Counted from the first letter of the stretch, positions 9,528-20,527 are shown. The stretch: 32,000 nt of DNA from Wolbachia endosymbiont of Litomosoides sigmodontis (GCF_013365435.1 NZ_CP046577.1:960001-992000), one strand, 5' to 3'. The notes: generated by a model not told the origin, from the letters alone. Numbers and translations are program-made.

Positions 9528-12191
9528 CTATTTAATAACTTGCCTTAAAATCTTCTCTTGTTGCTGAGCGTGAACATTAGCATAACCACATGCAGGAGAC
9601 GCAGAAGCAGGTCTTGCGATGCACCTAAGCCTTTTTGCTTTAATATTGAGGCTAGACAATACTTCCTCTATCAATGGATTGACAAAAAACCACCCTCCCA
9701 TATTTTTTGGTTCTTCCTGACACCATATAATTTCAGCGTTTTTATATTTTTCAAGCTCAATGCTTAGCTTATCGGCAGGAAATGGATAGAACTGTTCCAA
9801 CCTTATCACTGCTATATCGTTTATTTTTTGTACTTCACATACCTCAATTACATCGTAATAAATCTTACCACTACATATTACAATCTTACGCACTTCATCA
9901 TCAGAAACTAAATTCTTCCTATATTCCTGAATTACCATAAGAAATTCACCTTTAAAGTCAGATAAGCTAGAAACTGCTTTTTTATGACGTAATAGCGATT
10001 TAGGTGTAAACACTATTAAAGGTTTACGAAAGTCTCGATGAATTTGCCGGCGTAAAACATGAAAATAATTCGCTGGAGTAGAGCAATTAACTACTTGCAT
10101 ATTATCTTCTGCACAGAGTTGCAAAAACCTTTCTATACGCGCTGAGCTATGCTCAGGCCCCTGACCTTCATAGCCATGAGGTAACAATAAGACCAAACCA
10201 CTTGATCGCAACCACTTTGTTTCTGCAGATGCAATAAACTGGTCGATCATAATTTGCGCACCATTTGCAAAGTCACCAAACTGTCCTTCCCAAAGCACTA
10301 GTGAATATGGAGAATCAAGACTATATCCATACTCAAAGCCCATTACAGCATACTCTGATAAAGTGCTATCTATGACTTCAAAGTGAGCTTGCTCTTTATT
10401 TATATTGTTCAGTGGAACAAAAACTTCTTCTGTCACCTGATCAATAAGCCTTGAATGGCGGTGTGAAAAAGTGCCTCGACTCGAGTCCTGTCCTGACAGA
10501 CGCACACCTATTCCTTCTGTGAGCAATGATGCAAATGCAAAACTCTCAGCTGTTGCCCAGTCTATATTATTACCAGAATTTATATTCTCTATTCTTTTAT
10601 CAAATATTTTTCTAACTTTATTATTAATATTAAAACTACTTGGAATATTGCTATTTATGAGTACACCTAGCTTTTTCAGCTCGCCTTCTGAGACACCAGA
10701 ATCTGTATGATATTCATTCAGATCATTTAACCTTGCCCTTCTTAATTTTGACCATACTCCCCCAAACCAGTCAGCTTTTTTGGGAGCATAAGACACTGAT
10801 TCAGCAAGGCTTTTATCCAATCTTGCCCTAAACTCACTGCGTAATTTATTTACTTCGTTATCACTTAATATTTTATCTGCAGTCAACTTCTCTTCATATA
10901 GCGTCCCTGGAGTTTTATGCCTTGATATTGTTTTATACATGAGTGGCTGAGTAAAACTAGGCTCATCGCCTTCATTATGGCCACATTTGCGATAGCATAT
11001 TATATCAATCACCACGTCTTTCTTAAATTTCTGCCTATATTCTATCGCCAGACCTGCAACAAAATTCACAGCTTCAGGACTATCTCCACTTACGTGAAAC
11101 ACCGGAGCCTCTATAGATTTAGTTACGTCAGTGCAATAAGAAGACGATCGTGCACAGCACGGATTAGTAGTAAAACCAACTTGGTTATTAATGATAACGT
11201 GTATAATACCATTCACTTTATACCCTTCAATATTGCTTAAGGTCAAGGTTTCGCTAACCACCCCTTGACCAATAAAAGCTGCATCACCATGAATTGATAT
11301 TCCAAGCACAGATCTTATTTTTTGTTTTGCTCTCATCCTTCCAGCTAGAACTGGATTGACCGCTTCAAGATGAGATGGGTTAGAGCACAAACTTAAATGT
11401 ATTATCTTGCCATTAGCAAGTGTTCGATTAGAAGAATAACCAAGGTGATATTTAACATCACCAGATACTTCAAGATTGCTTGGATATGCAATATTGCCTT
11501 GGAATTCAGATAGCACTGCTGCATATTCTTTTCCCATAACTTTGGTTAAAACGTTAAGCCTTCCGCGGTGAGCCATACCGAGAACTATTTCCTCAACACC
11601 AAAAGTAGTGGAATCAGTAATAATTCTCTCAATTGCAATAATAGCTGATTCCCCACCCTCAATAGAAAAACGCTTATACCCAGGAAATTTCATATGGAGA
11701 AATTGTTCGAACACTTCAGACTCTATTAAGAGTCTGAGCATTTCCTTTTTATCTTGCAAACTCAGCACACAGGTTTGATTTTCGATCTTTTCCTGCAGCC
11801 ACATTCTCTCTTCATAAGAGGAGATATGCATAAATTCAAAACCAATGTCCTTGCAGTAAATATCTTTATAGACTTCAGCATCATACTCTGGAGAGAGATT
11901 CGAATATTTCTGATAATTTATTTCTTTATTTGCATTTGGTAACAATGGATTTAAATCCGCAAAAAAATGACCGTAAGATCTAAAAAAATTTGCTACTGAA
12001 TCATCTACCTTAGCTATATGCTGCACAACACAAGGCTCTGCTTTATTAACTTCCAAATCATTCGAAAAAATTTTATACCAATCCTCTCCTATTGATTTGT
12101 CGCCCTGCAGATAACGGTTATACATGTCTTCTACAAATTCTACATTATCACCATAAAAGCAGGAGCTGCTTCTCAAAGCTGACATAATCAC
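9528..12191 (-). CDS. sucA: 2-oxoglutarate dehydrogenase E1 component
   Basis: 887 aa, full-length and collinear with SucA. Contains the ThDP-binding region (GDAAFIGQGVVSETL), HGYEGQGPEHSSARIERFLQ, and the C-terminal WCQEEPKNMGGW block. Confidence 0.95.
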   Translation of the reverse strand: MIMSALRSSSCFYGDNVEFVEDMYNRYLQGDKSIGEDWYKIFSNDLEVNKAEPCVVQHIAKVDDSVANFFRSYGHFFADLNPLLPNANKEINYQKYSNLSPEYDAEVYKDIYCKDIGFEFMHISSYEERMWLQEKIENQTCVLSLQDKKEMLRLLIESEVFEQFLHMKFPGYKRFSIEGGESAIIAIERIITDSTTFGVEEIVLGMAHRGRLNVLTKVMGKEYAAVLSEFQGNIAYPSNLEVSGDVKYHLGYSSNRTLANGKIIHLSLCSNPSHLEAVNPVLAGRMRAKQKIRSVLGISIHGDAAFIGQGVVSETLTLSNIEGYKVNGIIHVIINNQVGFTTNPCCARSSSYCTDVTKSIEAPVFHVSGDSPEAVNFVAGLAIEYRQKFKKDVVIDIICYRKCGHNEGDEPSFTQPLMYKTISRHKTPGTLYEEKLTADKILSDNEVNKLRSEFRARLDKSLAESVSYAPKKADWFGGVWSKLRRARLNDLNEYHTDSGVSEGELKKLGVLINSNIPSSFNINNKVRKIFDKRIENINSGNNIDWATAESFAFASLLTEGIGVRLSGQDSSRGTFSHRHSRLIDQVTEEVFVPLNNINKEQAHFEVIDSTLSEYAVMGFEYGYSLDSPYSLVLWEGQFGDFANGAQIMIDQFIASAETKWLRSSGLVLLLPHGYEGQGPEHSSARIERFLQLCAEDNMQVVNCSTPANYFHVLRRQIHRDFRKPLIVFTPKSLLRHKKAVSSLSDFKGEFLMVIQEYRKNLVSDDEVRKIVICSGKIYYDVIEVCEVQKINDIAVIRLEQFYPFPADKLSIELEKYKNAEIIWCQEEPKNMGGWFFVNPLIEEVLSSLNIKAKRLRCIARPASASPACGYANVHAQQQEKILRQVIK

Positions 12192-12368
12192 TACAATAAG
12201 ATATCAAATACTTATAAGTATAACTTAAGTTTTTTAAAAGAGAACTTTTTTGATATCTGTAAATTAAGTCAGCACATTAGCAACTCTTTAAGACTATTTT
12301 AACATTTAGCTTAACATTATTTACTAATCTTTTTGCAATAACTTTAGCAAAGTTGGAAGAAAGCTCCT

Positions 12369-13237
12369 TTATTTTTGCGAAAATGCGGCCCGCATAGGCT
12401 TTTTAACAAAGAAATACTCGGCAAACACAAATACTCTGCTGTCGGCATATAATATCATGGATGAAGCTATACTAAACAAAGTAGCAGAAGCGACCATTAA
12501 GCAACAACAAGTAAGCCCAGCCCGGCTAATGATATAGCGTCTATCAACACCATCATATTCAGTTATTAACTTTTTAACTTTTACTACTGTACAGCAAAAC
12601 AAGCACCCCAATGCAATTTATTATCACAAGCAAAATACGAAGTGAGTTCTATTAATCTCCTTCGTAGTAACTTTTTACAGGAGAAGCAGCTGCATTAAGA
12701 TCTACACCATACTTTAAAATAAAGCTAAGTGTTTTTCTTTTTCACACTCACTACAATGCATTATTTCATATAGTGGAGTGCTATCAAATATATTCTATAT
12801 ATTTAGGATCAGCCCTATATCTTTAAAACTAATTCTGCAACTTCATAGAATTTATCATGCGCAGCTCCATCTAATGGAGCAAGATCATGCATTCATTATA
12901 GATTAGAGTTAGCACTACACTCTAAAAGTAATTTTACAATATTACCACATGTGATAATTCCCAAATAACGCAATGAAGTATACTTACGGAATGTTTTTAT
13001 ACTAGAATTAAAATTCTTCTCTAAAAGCAGGCTTATAAGATCAATATTATACAAATTGATAGCAGCACCCAACAGCAAGTGACCCTGTACACATTTCATT
13101 AACGTAATCATCAAATTTCTCATCTTTACTACTCTTAAACTTGAAAAAGAGCTTATTAAGAAATAATGTATTTCTCTTGAAGAGAGCCGTATATAAGCAA
13201 AATTTTAAATCCTTGATAGAGCTAATTCTAGCTAATA
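12369..13237 (-). pseudogene. ankyrin-repeat protein with C-terminal transmembrane tail, frameshifted and 5'-truncated by the IS
   Basis: ANK-like repeats are spread over three frames: GHLLLGAAINLYNIDLISLLLEKN; TSLRYLGIITCGNIVKLLLECSANSNL; LAPLDGAAHDKFYEVAELVLK; STPLYEIM...; LKYGVDLNAAASP. The last ORF (12369..12611) holds a hydrophobic tail, GLTCCCLMVASATLFSIASSMILY. The upstream reading frame runs straight into the IS terminus at 13238. Confidence 0.6.
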
Positions 13238-13530
13238 CCAATTCTTATTGTTAGTAGGTCAAATAAGTAGCATTATAGAGTATTTAATTGCGAAGTGAGA
13301 AGAGAGATAGGTAATAAATTTGCACAAAGTGCTCTCAAGCAAGCAATTGTATTATTGCTTTATTATGAATAATGTTCTGTTTTATACACAATTAAAGTCT
13401 CTCAATAGGATTAAGCTCAGCTGAGCATGGTAGTAAGTATATAATCTCCGTATTTTTAGGTACCTTTAAAATTTTTTTAATTCATACCAATTAACACAAT
13501 TCATGATAAGAAAGTCTTCTATGCTATTAT
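13238..13530 (-). mobile_element. IS630-like right-end fragment E1 (about 290 bp)
   Basis: TA|CCAATTCTTATTGTTAGTAGGTCAAATAAG terminus at 13236. It is truncated at element position about 800 and abuts the left terminus of E2. Confidence 0.75.
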
Positions 13531-13531
13531 A

Positions 13532-14485
13532 GAAATTTCCACTTTACAAAGAACAGATAGATAATAATGGGGAAAAATCCTTGCTGAAGTAAGAAAAATA
13601 GCGAAGTCAAATGGCATTGAAATTATTAGTGAAAAAGTCGTGGAATCAATAAAAGAAATTCCGAATAAAGCATATATTGCAAAAAACTAAATGCTGTAAT
13701 TGCAGCAAAAAAAACACTGTATAACAGCCGTAGCAAAAATATATTGCATTTTAATAACAGCATAATTTCATGGATATAAAAAACTAATATTACCATATTA
13801 AAAAATGAAAATAATAGTTTAATAAAAATTTGGCTTGAATATCAGCAAATCTACAGTACACCTTAATATTCAAAAAATGAAGTTTTTGTATATTACGCCA
13901 AGAACAATTCACAATAAACAAGATAAAGGTAAGCTGGAAGAGTTTAAAAAAACTTAATGAGACTATTGACAAGTACTCTGAAAAAAGGTTACTCATCTTT
14001 GATGAATCGCGATTTGGCATACATTCAAAAATTAGCTACGAGTGATTTAAAAAGGGCGTTAGAACACAAATTAAAGTAAAATTAAGTAGATAAAAATCTT
14101 CATTTCTATAGAGCAAATAATCTTAGAAATGGAGATGATTCTAGCTTATTTGCACTGAATGTCAACACTGGTCATATGAATATATTTCTTGAATAAATGT
14201 TGTAATATTTAAAAATATGAGAAGCATTTCTTATCATAGATTACATTAGTTAACATAAGTCAACACATTCAAAAGTACTTAAAAATATGGAGATTATATA
14301 CCTACTACCATACTTAGTTGAACTTAATCTTATTGAGAGACTTTAGTTCATATAAAACAGAACATTTCGCATAATAAAGTTTACGATATAACTGCTTTGC
14401 TTGAGAGCGCCTGTTAAATCAACATAACTATAAATTAAAAGCATCATCATCTCTCTCAAATAAGCTTATTTACTCTTTATATTAG
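13532..14485 (+). mobile_element. degenerate IS630-like element, copy E2
   Basis: Keeps IFDESRFG (13995..14018, first-D region of the DDE transposase) and IIYLLPYLVELNLIERL (14293..14340, relic of YLPPYSPELNPIE). The frame is broken many times. The right end is eroded by deletions. Confidence 0.8.
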
Positions 14486-14820
14486 CTCGTCAACAAATTC
14501 ATTACCAGTTAATATTAGCAAAAATCTGGATTATAATTCACACCAAATTTAATTAAAAAATATGCATAAAATTCCGGACTAAAATAGGTAGTCCACTTCA
14601 TTCCACTTAGATATAGTTTAAATAATTGCTTTATCAGTAATTTCTTTGGAAAATCGTGGTAGTGCTTGCAATAAGATATCTTTTTCATAGCCCAAGTCTA
14701 TAGTACAGGCCATAAATAACAATATAAATAAATATGCCTTCTTCATATTCAAATTTTTAGTCTTTTTTTAACATTTAAATCTCATACACCACCTCAGATT
14801 TTCCTTGATGTAGGTAAAAG

Positions 14821-14894
<74 letters not shown>

Positions 14895-15003
14895 TCGTTA
14901 TTTATTTAGTTATTATATATGCAATAATGGGAAATAAAAGAATAAAATCACATTTTAAGGTGTATATTTTGGTATTCTTAAACTCTCCTTGATACAATAG
15001 TTA

Positions 15004-16074
15004 CACCATTATCATTGTTAATAGATTAAATAAGAGACATTGCAAAGTGAGAAAGAGAGTAATAAATTTACACAAAGCACTCTTAAGCAAAGCAATTATA
15101 TTATTGCTTTTATTTATAAAATGTTCTGTTTTATATATAACTAAAGTCTCTCAATAGAAGAGAGCTCAACTAAGTATGGTGGTAGGTATATAATCTACAT
15201 ATTTTTAAGTACTTTTGAATGTGTTGACTTATGTTAACTAATAACACAATCTATAATAAGAAAGGCTTCTCGTGTTTTAAAAAGTTACAACATTTATTCA
15301 AGAAATACATTCATACGACCAGTGTTGACATTCAGTCAAATAAGCTAGAATCATTTCCATTTCTAGGATTATTTGCACTATAGAGATAAAAATTTTGTCT
15401 ACTTAATTTTACTTTAATTTGTGTTCTAATATCCTTTTTAAACCACTCGTAGCTAATTTTTGAATATCTGCCAAATCGTGTTCATCAAAGATGAATAACC
15501 TTTTTTCAGAGTACTTACCAATAAGTCTCATTGAGTTTTTTTAAACTCTTTCTGCTACCTTTATCTTGTTTATTGTGAATTGTTCTTGGTGTAATACAAA
15601 AACTTCATTTTTTGAATATTAAGGCGTACTGTAGTCTTGCTGACATTCAAGCTAAATTTTTCTTAGATTATTATTTTCATTCCTTTAATGGCAATATTAT
15701 AGTTTCTTTGTATCTATACTTTAACTTATTCAAATTGACTTTGATTCAATCTAGTTTTTCTATGACTTTAAGAGAAAGCAAACAATTTTTCTTCTTCTCC
15801 AAATTTTAGGTGCTTTATCTATGTAGTTAGTGCTGTTCTTAAAATGAAACATATTTTTGCCACGGCTATTATACTCGCTTTTTTTGCCGCACTTACAGCA
15901 TTTAGTTTTTGCAACATATGTGTTATTTCGCACTTTTCTCAGCATTTCTTTTTCTAATTTTATGACTTTTTTCATCTAATAATTTCAATGCCATTTAAAC
16001 TTCGCTATTTTATTTACTTTAGCATGACTTCTTTTCCATTATTGTCTATTCGTTCCTTGTGTAATAGAAACTGG
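15004..16074 (-). mobile_element. degenerate IS630-like element, copy G1 (full length)
   Basis: Right-end terminus around 15004 (CACCATTATCATTGTTAATAG). Left end ...GAAACTGG|TA at 16074. Same decayed architecture as B, C and E2. Confidence 0.8.
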
Positions 16075-16078
16075 TATG

Positions 16079-16783
16079 AGAATAATAATTGAGAAAAAAA
16101 TTGACTTGGATGTCAACTGAGTATATAATACATTGCAATATGTAAAAAATGAAATTCTCGTATATTACGCCAAAACCAGTTCAAAGTGAACAAGGTTAAG
16201 AGGTAAACAGAAAGAGTTTAAAAAAAATTTAACGAGACTTATTGGTAAATACTCTGAAAAAAGGTTATTCATCTTTGATGAACACGATTTGGCAGATATT
16301 CAAAAATTAGCTACGAGTAGTTTAAAAAGGATATTAGAACACAAATTAAAGTAAAATTAAGTAGACAAAATTTTTATCTCTATAGTGCAAATAATCCTAG
16401 AAATGGAAATGATTCTAGCTTATTTGACTGAATGTCAACACTGGTCGTATGAATGTATTTCTTGAATAAATGTTGTAACTTTTTAAAACACGAGAAGCCT
16501 TTCTTATTATAGATTGTGTTATTAGTTAACATAAGTCAACACATTTAAAAGTACTTAAAAATATGGAGATTATATACCTACCACCATACTTAGTTGAGCT
16601 CTTTTCTATTGAGAGACTTTAGTTATATATAAAACAGAACATTTTATAAATAAAGGCAATAATATAATTGCTTTGCTTAAGAGCACTTTGTATAAATTTA
16701 TTTTATCTCTCTTTCCCACTCCGCAATTAAACTACTCTGCGACGTAGCTTATTGACCTATTAATTACTAATAGCAAGGATTAG
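16079..16783 (+). mobile_element. IS630-like 5'-truncated copy G2, inverted against G1
   Basis: Starts at element position about 390 (GAATAATAATTGAGAAAAAAATTGACTTGG), immediately after the TA flanking the left end of G1. It runs to a right-end terminus near 16783. Confidence 0.75.
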
Positions 16784-16960
16784 TGTAACAACAAAAAAAT
16801 GCACTAGATGCAAAAGATGATATAACTGACGTTGATAAAAAAATTGAAACTATACAAACAAAACTAGATAGCTTAACCTCAATTTTAGTGTGAAATCAAT
16901 AATTCACTACTAGAGAAGATTTCCTACCTATTTTTTTTATATTCAAGTATATAAGAATTG

Positions 16961-18094
16961 CTATAATTTATTCCAAACTTCAACTATATCTTCATCAAAG
17001 TCTACTACTTCTACTTTCTTAAATTGGTAGCAGTTATTAATGGACTGAATTCCCAAATTTCCTATAAAAGGAGTGGAGTCATTGCCTAGAATTTTACCAC
17101 TACGGCAGATTATCAACCTGTCAATTAAATCATACTTTAATAGCTCTGTAATTAATACTCCTCCACCTTCGACTAATAACCTTGTTATACCAATCTCTGA
17201 AACAAGTTTTAATGCCATATCTTTTAGGCAGATTTTATCTGCACTATATTCCTCTTGATTTGATGTCATTCCAGACTTACACGCTAGAATAGGTTTGTCA
17301 TTTGAGTTAACTATTAAATAGTTAATACTTTTTATTTTTTTCTCTACCTCTTTATTTGTTATTACCCAAGTTGTTACTTTGTCTGCAGTCCTTGCAATAT
17401 TATGCTTTTCCTTTAATCTTTCTTGGCTATCCACGATTAGTCTTATTGGAAATTTATTTTCAAGTCTTGGTAATCTGCACGTTAAGACCGGATCATCATT
17501 AATGAGAGTATTACTGCCAATCATAATTGCATCATATTTTGCTCTGAGTTCGTGTACCCAATTTCTTGTGCTTTCACTTGTTATCCATTTGCTATCACCT
17601 GTAAATGTCGCAATTTTCCCATCAAGAGTTGTTGCAATTTTGCAAGCTATAAACGGTCTGTGTAACTTCTTAGCAGTAAAAAAGCCGGTATTTAATTTTT
17701 CCGCTTCCTCTTGCATAATTCCTTGTTTCACTGCAATTCCTGCTTCTTCTAAAGCTTTAATACCACTACCTGAAACTCTTTTATCAGGGTCAACCGCTGC
17801 AATCACTACCCTTTTTATTCCTGATCTTATGATTTCTACAGTGCAAGGTCCTGTAACCCCATAATGGCAGCATGGCTCAAGGGTGACATACATAGTTGCA
17901 CCATGAATTGAACCTTTAATACTTTGCAAAGCGGCCACTTCTGCATGTGGGCGCCCACCGATTCCTGTATAGCCCTCACCAGCTACCATCCCATCTTTTA
18001 CAATGACACACCCGACAGCAGGGTTTGGTGCAACATTTCCTAAAGTTTTTTCTGCAAGCTTTAATGCAATTGACATGAAATAGTTGTCAATCAT
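16961..18094 (-). CDS. ribD: bifunctional riboflavin biosynthesis protein RibD (pyrimidine deaminase / uracil reductase)
   Basis: 377 aa with the CMP/dCMP deaminase zinc motifs HAEVAAL and TLEPCCHYGVTGPC, followed by a reductase domain (KIATTLDGKIA, LLVEGGG). The start overlaps the dgt stop as TAATG at 18092-18096. Confidence 0.93.
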   Translation of the reverse strand: MIDNYFMSIALKLAEKTLGNVAPNPAVGCVIVKDGMVAGEGYTGIGGRPHAEVAALQSIKGSIHGATMYVTLEPCCHYGVTGPCTVEIIRSGIKRVVIAAVDPDKRVSGSGIKALEEAGIAVKQGIMQEEAEKLNTGFFTAKKLHRPFIACKIATTLDGKIATFTGDSKWITSESTRNWVHELRAKYDAIMIGSNTLINDDPVLTCRLPRLENKFPIRLIVDSQERLKEKHNIARTADKVTTWVITNKEVEKKIKSINYLIVNSNDKPILACKSGMTSNQEEYSADKICLKDMALKLVSEIGITRLLVEGGGVLITELLKYDLIDRLIICRSGKILGNDSTPFIGNLGIQSINNCYQFKKVEVVDFDEDIVEVWNKL

Positions 18095-19293
18095 TAGAAA
18101 GAAGTCATTTCGTATGAAGTATCAAAGATTCTTCTATGCTCGTGTATAGCAAATCTATCTGTCATGCCTGAGATATAGTCACATATCACTACTGAACGCT
18201 GAAATTGATGAGCAAGCTTGCTCCACTCTGCAGGTAATAATCCTAGATTTTCATAAAAACAGTAAAAAAGCTCCTTTACTATACGTTTTGCTTTGTTCAT
18301 CGTTCTATTAAGCTTGTAGCTTTTGTATATTTTTTCCATATTAAATTTTTTTATTTCCTTTGTAGCATTTGCTATTTCCGGTGAAAATGTGACTAGCATT
18401 TTATCTAGACTTCTTACGTCTTCTACACTTTTTATTTTATAATCTTCAATATTTTTTTTTGTCTGAAAAACAACATCATCTATCATAATTCCTATAGTCC
18501 GACTCAATGATTCATGTATAAGTTTGCTCTGAGGTAATTCCGAATACTTACTTTTTATGTCTTTAAACGTTTTTCCAATCAAAGGAACATTAAACAAGTC
18601 CTCGATAATTACCAAATTCGCTCTTAATGCATCATCAAGGTCATGAACGCTGTAAGCAATATCATCGGCAATTGAGGCAACTTGTGCTTCAATGCTTGAA
18701 AATTCTTCAAGTTTTAGATTATATTTTTCATTATATTCTAGCAATAGCTGATTATTTGTATAAGATACTGCATTTTGACCAAGCAATGGGCCGTTATGCT
18801 TTGCAACTCCTTCAACTACTTCCCAACTTAAATTCATGCCATCAAAATCAGCATGTTTTTGTTCAAGATAAGTTAAAATCCTTATAGCCTGAACATTATG
18901 ATCAAATTCATATTTCTCGTTATTAAGATTCAGATCTTGAATTGCCCTCTTTAAAGCATTTTCACCTGTATGGCCAAATGGAGAGTGACCAAGATCGTGT
19001 GCAAGTGCTATGCATTCAGTAATATCCTCATCTAAACCCAGTCTACGCGCGATAGACCTCGCAATTTGTGCAACTTCAAGGCTATGGGTAAGCCTAGTAC
19101 GATAGTAGTCGTGTTCATAATTAATAAAAACTTGGGTTTTGTACTCCAATTTTCTAAACGCATTAGAATGAATAATGCGATCTCTATCACGCTGAAAACA
19201 GCTGCGATTCTCATCTTCTTTCTCTTTAAAGTATCTTCCTCTTGTTTTATTTGGAAAGCACGCGTAACTTAATAGAAAATTATTGTTTGACAT
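18094..19293 (-). CDS. dgt: dGTP triphosphohydrolase-like HD-domain protein
   Basis: 399 aa with FQRDRDRIIHSNAFRKLEYKTQV, HD motifs RLTHSLEVAQIARS and LAHDLGHSPFGH, and a C-terminal DYISGMTDRFA block. Confidence 0.9.
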   Translation of the reverse strand: MSNNNFLLSYACFPNKTRGRYFKEKEDENRSCFQRDRDRIIHSNAFRKLEYKTQVFINYEHDYYRTRLTHSLEVAQIARSIARRLGLDEDITECIALAHDLGHSPFGHTGENALKRAIQDLNLNNEKYEFDHNVQAIRILTYLEQKHADFDGMNLSWEVVEGVAKHNGPLLGQNAVSYTNNQLLLEYNEKYNLKLEEFSSIEAQVASIADDIAYSVHDLDDALRANLVIIEDLFNVPLIGKTFKDIKSKYSELPQSKLIHESLSRTIGIMIDDVVFQTKKNIEDYKIKSVEDVRSLDKMLVTFSPEIANATKEIKKFNMEKIYKSYKLNRTMNKAKRIVKELFYCFYENLGLLPAEWSKLAHQFQRSVVICDYISGMTDRFAIHEHRRIFDTSYEMTSF

Positions 19294-19329
19294 GTAAATT
19301 TCTACTATAATAAATTATCAAAATAATAA

Positions 19330-19797
19330 ATGGTGATGATTATGTCAATAGATTACAATATTAACCTAACTGACAGCGCATTAAAGAAAATTCATTCTCT
19401 TGTAGAGCAAGAAAAGGACAAAAGTTCTATTTTGCGAATTGCAGTTTCAGGTGGTGGATGCTCTGGCTTCAAGTACAATTTTCTTATGGACCAAATAAAT
19501 AAAAACCTATCTTTGAATGATGAAGATGACGATGAAGATGATGAATTTGATGATGAAGGTGATGATTATGAAGAAAGCGAAGACTATAGAGGACACTCTA
19601 GCTTGAGTGGAAAAAACAAAGATATAGTAATTAATGACAAAGATGGAAATCCTGTATTAATGATAGATAATTGTTCAGCGAAATTTTTAAATAATTCAAT
19701 TATAGATTATACTGAAGATTTAAGTGGCTCTAGTTTTCAAGTAAAGAATGCCATCGCTAAGTCTCAGTGTGGATGTGGCAATAGCTTTTCAGTTTAA
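19330..19797 (+). CDS. erpA: A-type Fe-S cluster insertion/carrier protein (ErpA/IscA/HesB family) with an acidic insertion
   Basis: Contains RIAVSGGGCSGFKYNF and a C-terminal CGCGNSFSV. About 40 extra residues, including NDEDDDEDDEFDDEGDDYEESEDY, lie between the conserved blocks. The start may be Met-5 (19342). Confidence 0.8.
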   Translation: MVMIMSIDYNINLTDSALKKIHSLVEQEKDKSSILRIAVSGGGCSGFKYNFLMDQINKNLSLNDEDDDEDDEFDDEGDDYEESEDYRGHSSLSGKNKDIVINDKDGNPVLMIDNCSAKFLNNSIIDYTEDLSGSSFQVKNAIAKSQCGCGNSFSV

Positions 19798-19835
19798 TTA
19801 ATTACCAGAGTTTAGATGCATCTTGAATTTTCAAT

Positions 19836-20510
19836 ATGGGTGGTAATATAGCACTAGAGCTTACTTCTGTAAGTAAGAGCTTCAAAAGAAATTCTGCTAT
19901 TATACAAGATATCAATCTAAGTGTTGCCAAAGGACAAGTAGTTGCATTAATTGGCAGTTCTGGTTCAGGAAAAACAACTATACTGCAAGTCGCAGGTTTG
20001 TTAGATAAGCCAACTTCAGGAATAGTTACAATAGATGGAGTAAACTGTACACAAGCCAGTGATAAAAACAAAACTCATATGAGAAAGAATTTTCTTAGCT
20101 TTGTTTATCAATTTCACTATTTATTACAAGAGTTGTCGGTATTGGAAAATGTTATTCTTCCTCAATTAATTGCAAGAAAAAGCAAAGCTGAAGCAATAAA
20201 AAATGCACAAGTAGTGTTAGAGAAATTTGGTCTGGAAAACAAAGCAAGTAGTATGATATCTGAGATTTCTGGCGGAGAAAGGCAAAGAGTTGCAATTGCA
20301 AGAAGCATTGTGAATTCTCCAAGGCTTTTACTTGCAGATGAACCTACAGGAAATTTGGATCCAATAAATTCTTTAAATGTATTTTTACTATTGTATTCGT
20401 ACGTAAAGGAAAATAATAGCTCTATGCTTATAGTAACACATAATCATCTTCTTGCAGAAAAAGCAGATTATATTTTGCAATTAAAAGATGGATCGTTAGT
20501 AAAATTATAA
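19836..20510 (+). CDS. lolD: ABC transporter ATP-binding protein, LolD-like
   Basis: 224 aa with Walker A GSSGSGKTT, the signature ISGGERQRVAIARS, and Walker B LLLADEPTGNLD. Length and N-terminal layout are typical of LolD/MacB-type ATPases. Confidence 0.7.
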   Translation: MGGNIALELTSVSKSFKRNSAIIQDINLSVAKGQVVALIGSSGSGKTTILQVAGLLDKPTSGIVTIDGVNCTQASDKNKTHMRKNFLSFVYQFHYLLQELSVLENVILPQLIARKSKAEAIKNAQVVLEKFGLENKASSMISEISGGERQRVAIARSIVNSPRLLLADEPTGNLDPINSLNVFLLLYSYVKENNSSMLIVTHNHLLAEKADYILQLKDGSLVKL

Positions 20511-20527
20511 ATAGGTAGAGCCTATTT
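20509..20527. terminator. short hairpin between convergent lolD and the small lipoprotein-like ORF
   Basis: AAATAGG-tagag-CCTATTT, a 7-bp stem spanning both stop codons. It is AT-rich and has no clear U-tract, so support is weak. Confidence 0.2.

Noticed and set aside
12369-12611. 80-aa ORF as an independent small membrane protein.
   Set aside because: It is better explained as the C-terminal transmembrane tail of the frameshifted ankyrin-repeat pseudogene immediately upstream on the same strand.
14618-14746. 42-aa minus-strand ORF (MKKAYLFILLFMACTIDLGYEKD...) with a lipobox-like LFMAC.
   Set aside because: It is very short, sits in IS-flanked junk, has no supporting context or visible ribosome-binding evidence, and could easily arise by chance in AT-rich DNA.
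16789-16893. Open frame QQKNALDAKDDITDVDKKIETIQTKLDSLTSILV* abutting the right end of G2, possibly the orphan 3' end of a coiled-coil gene cut by the IS.
   Set aside because: Only about 34 codons, no start, and no recognisable family, so it cannot be distinguished from chance.
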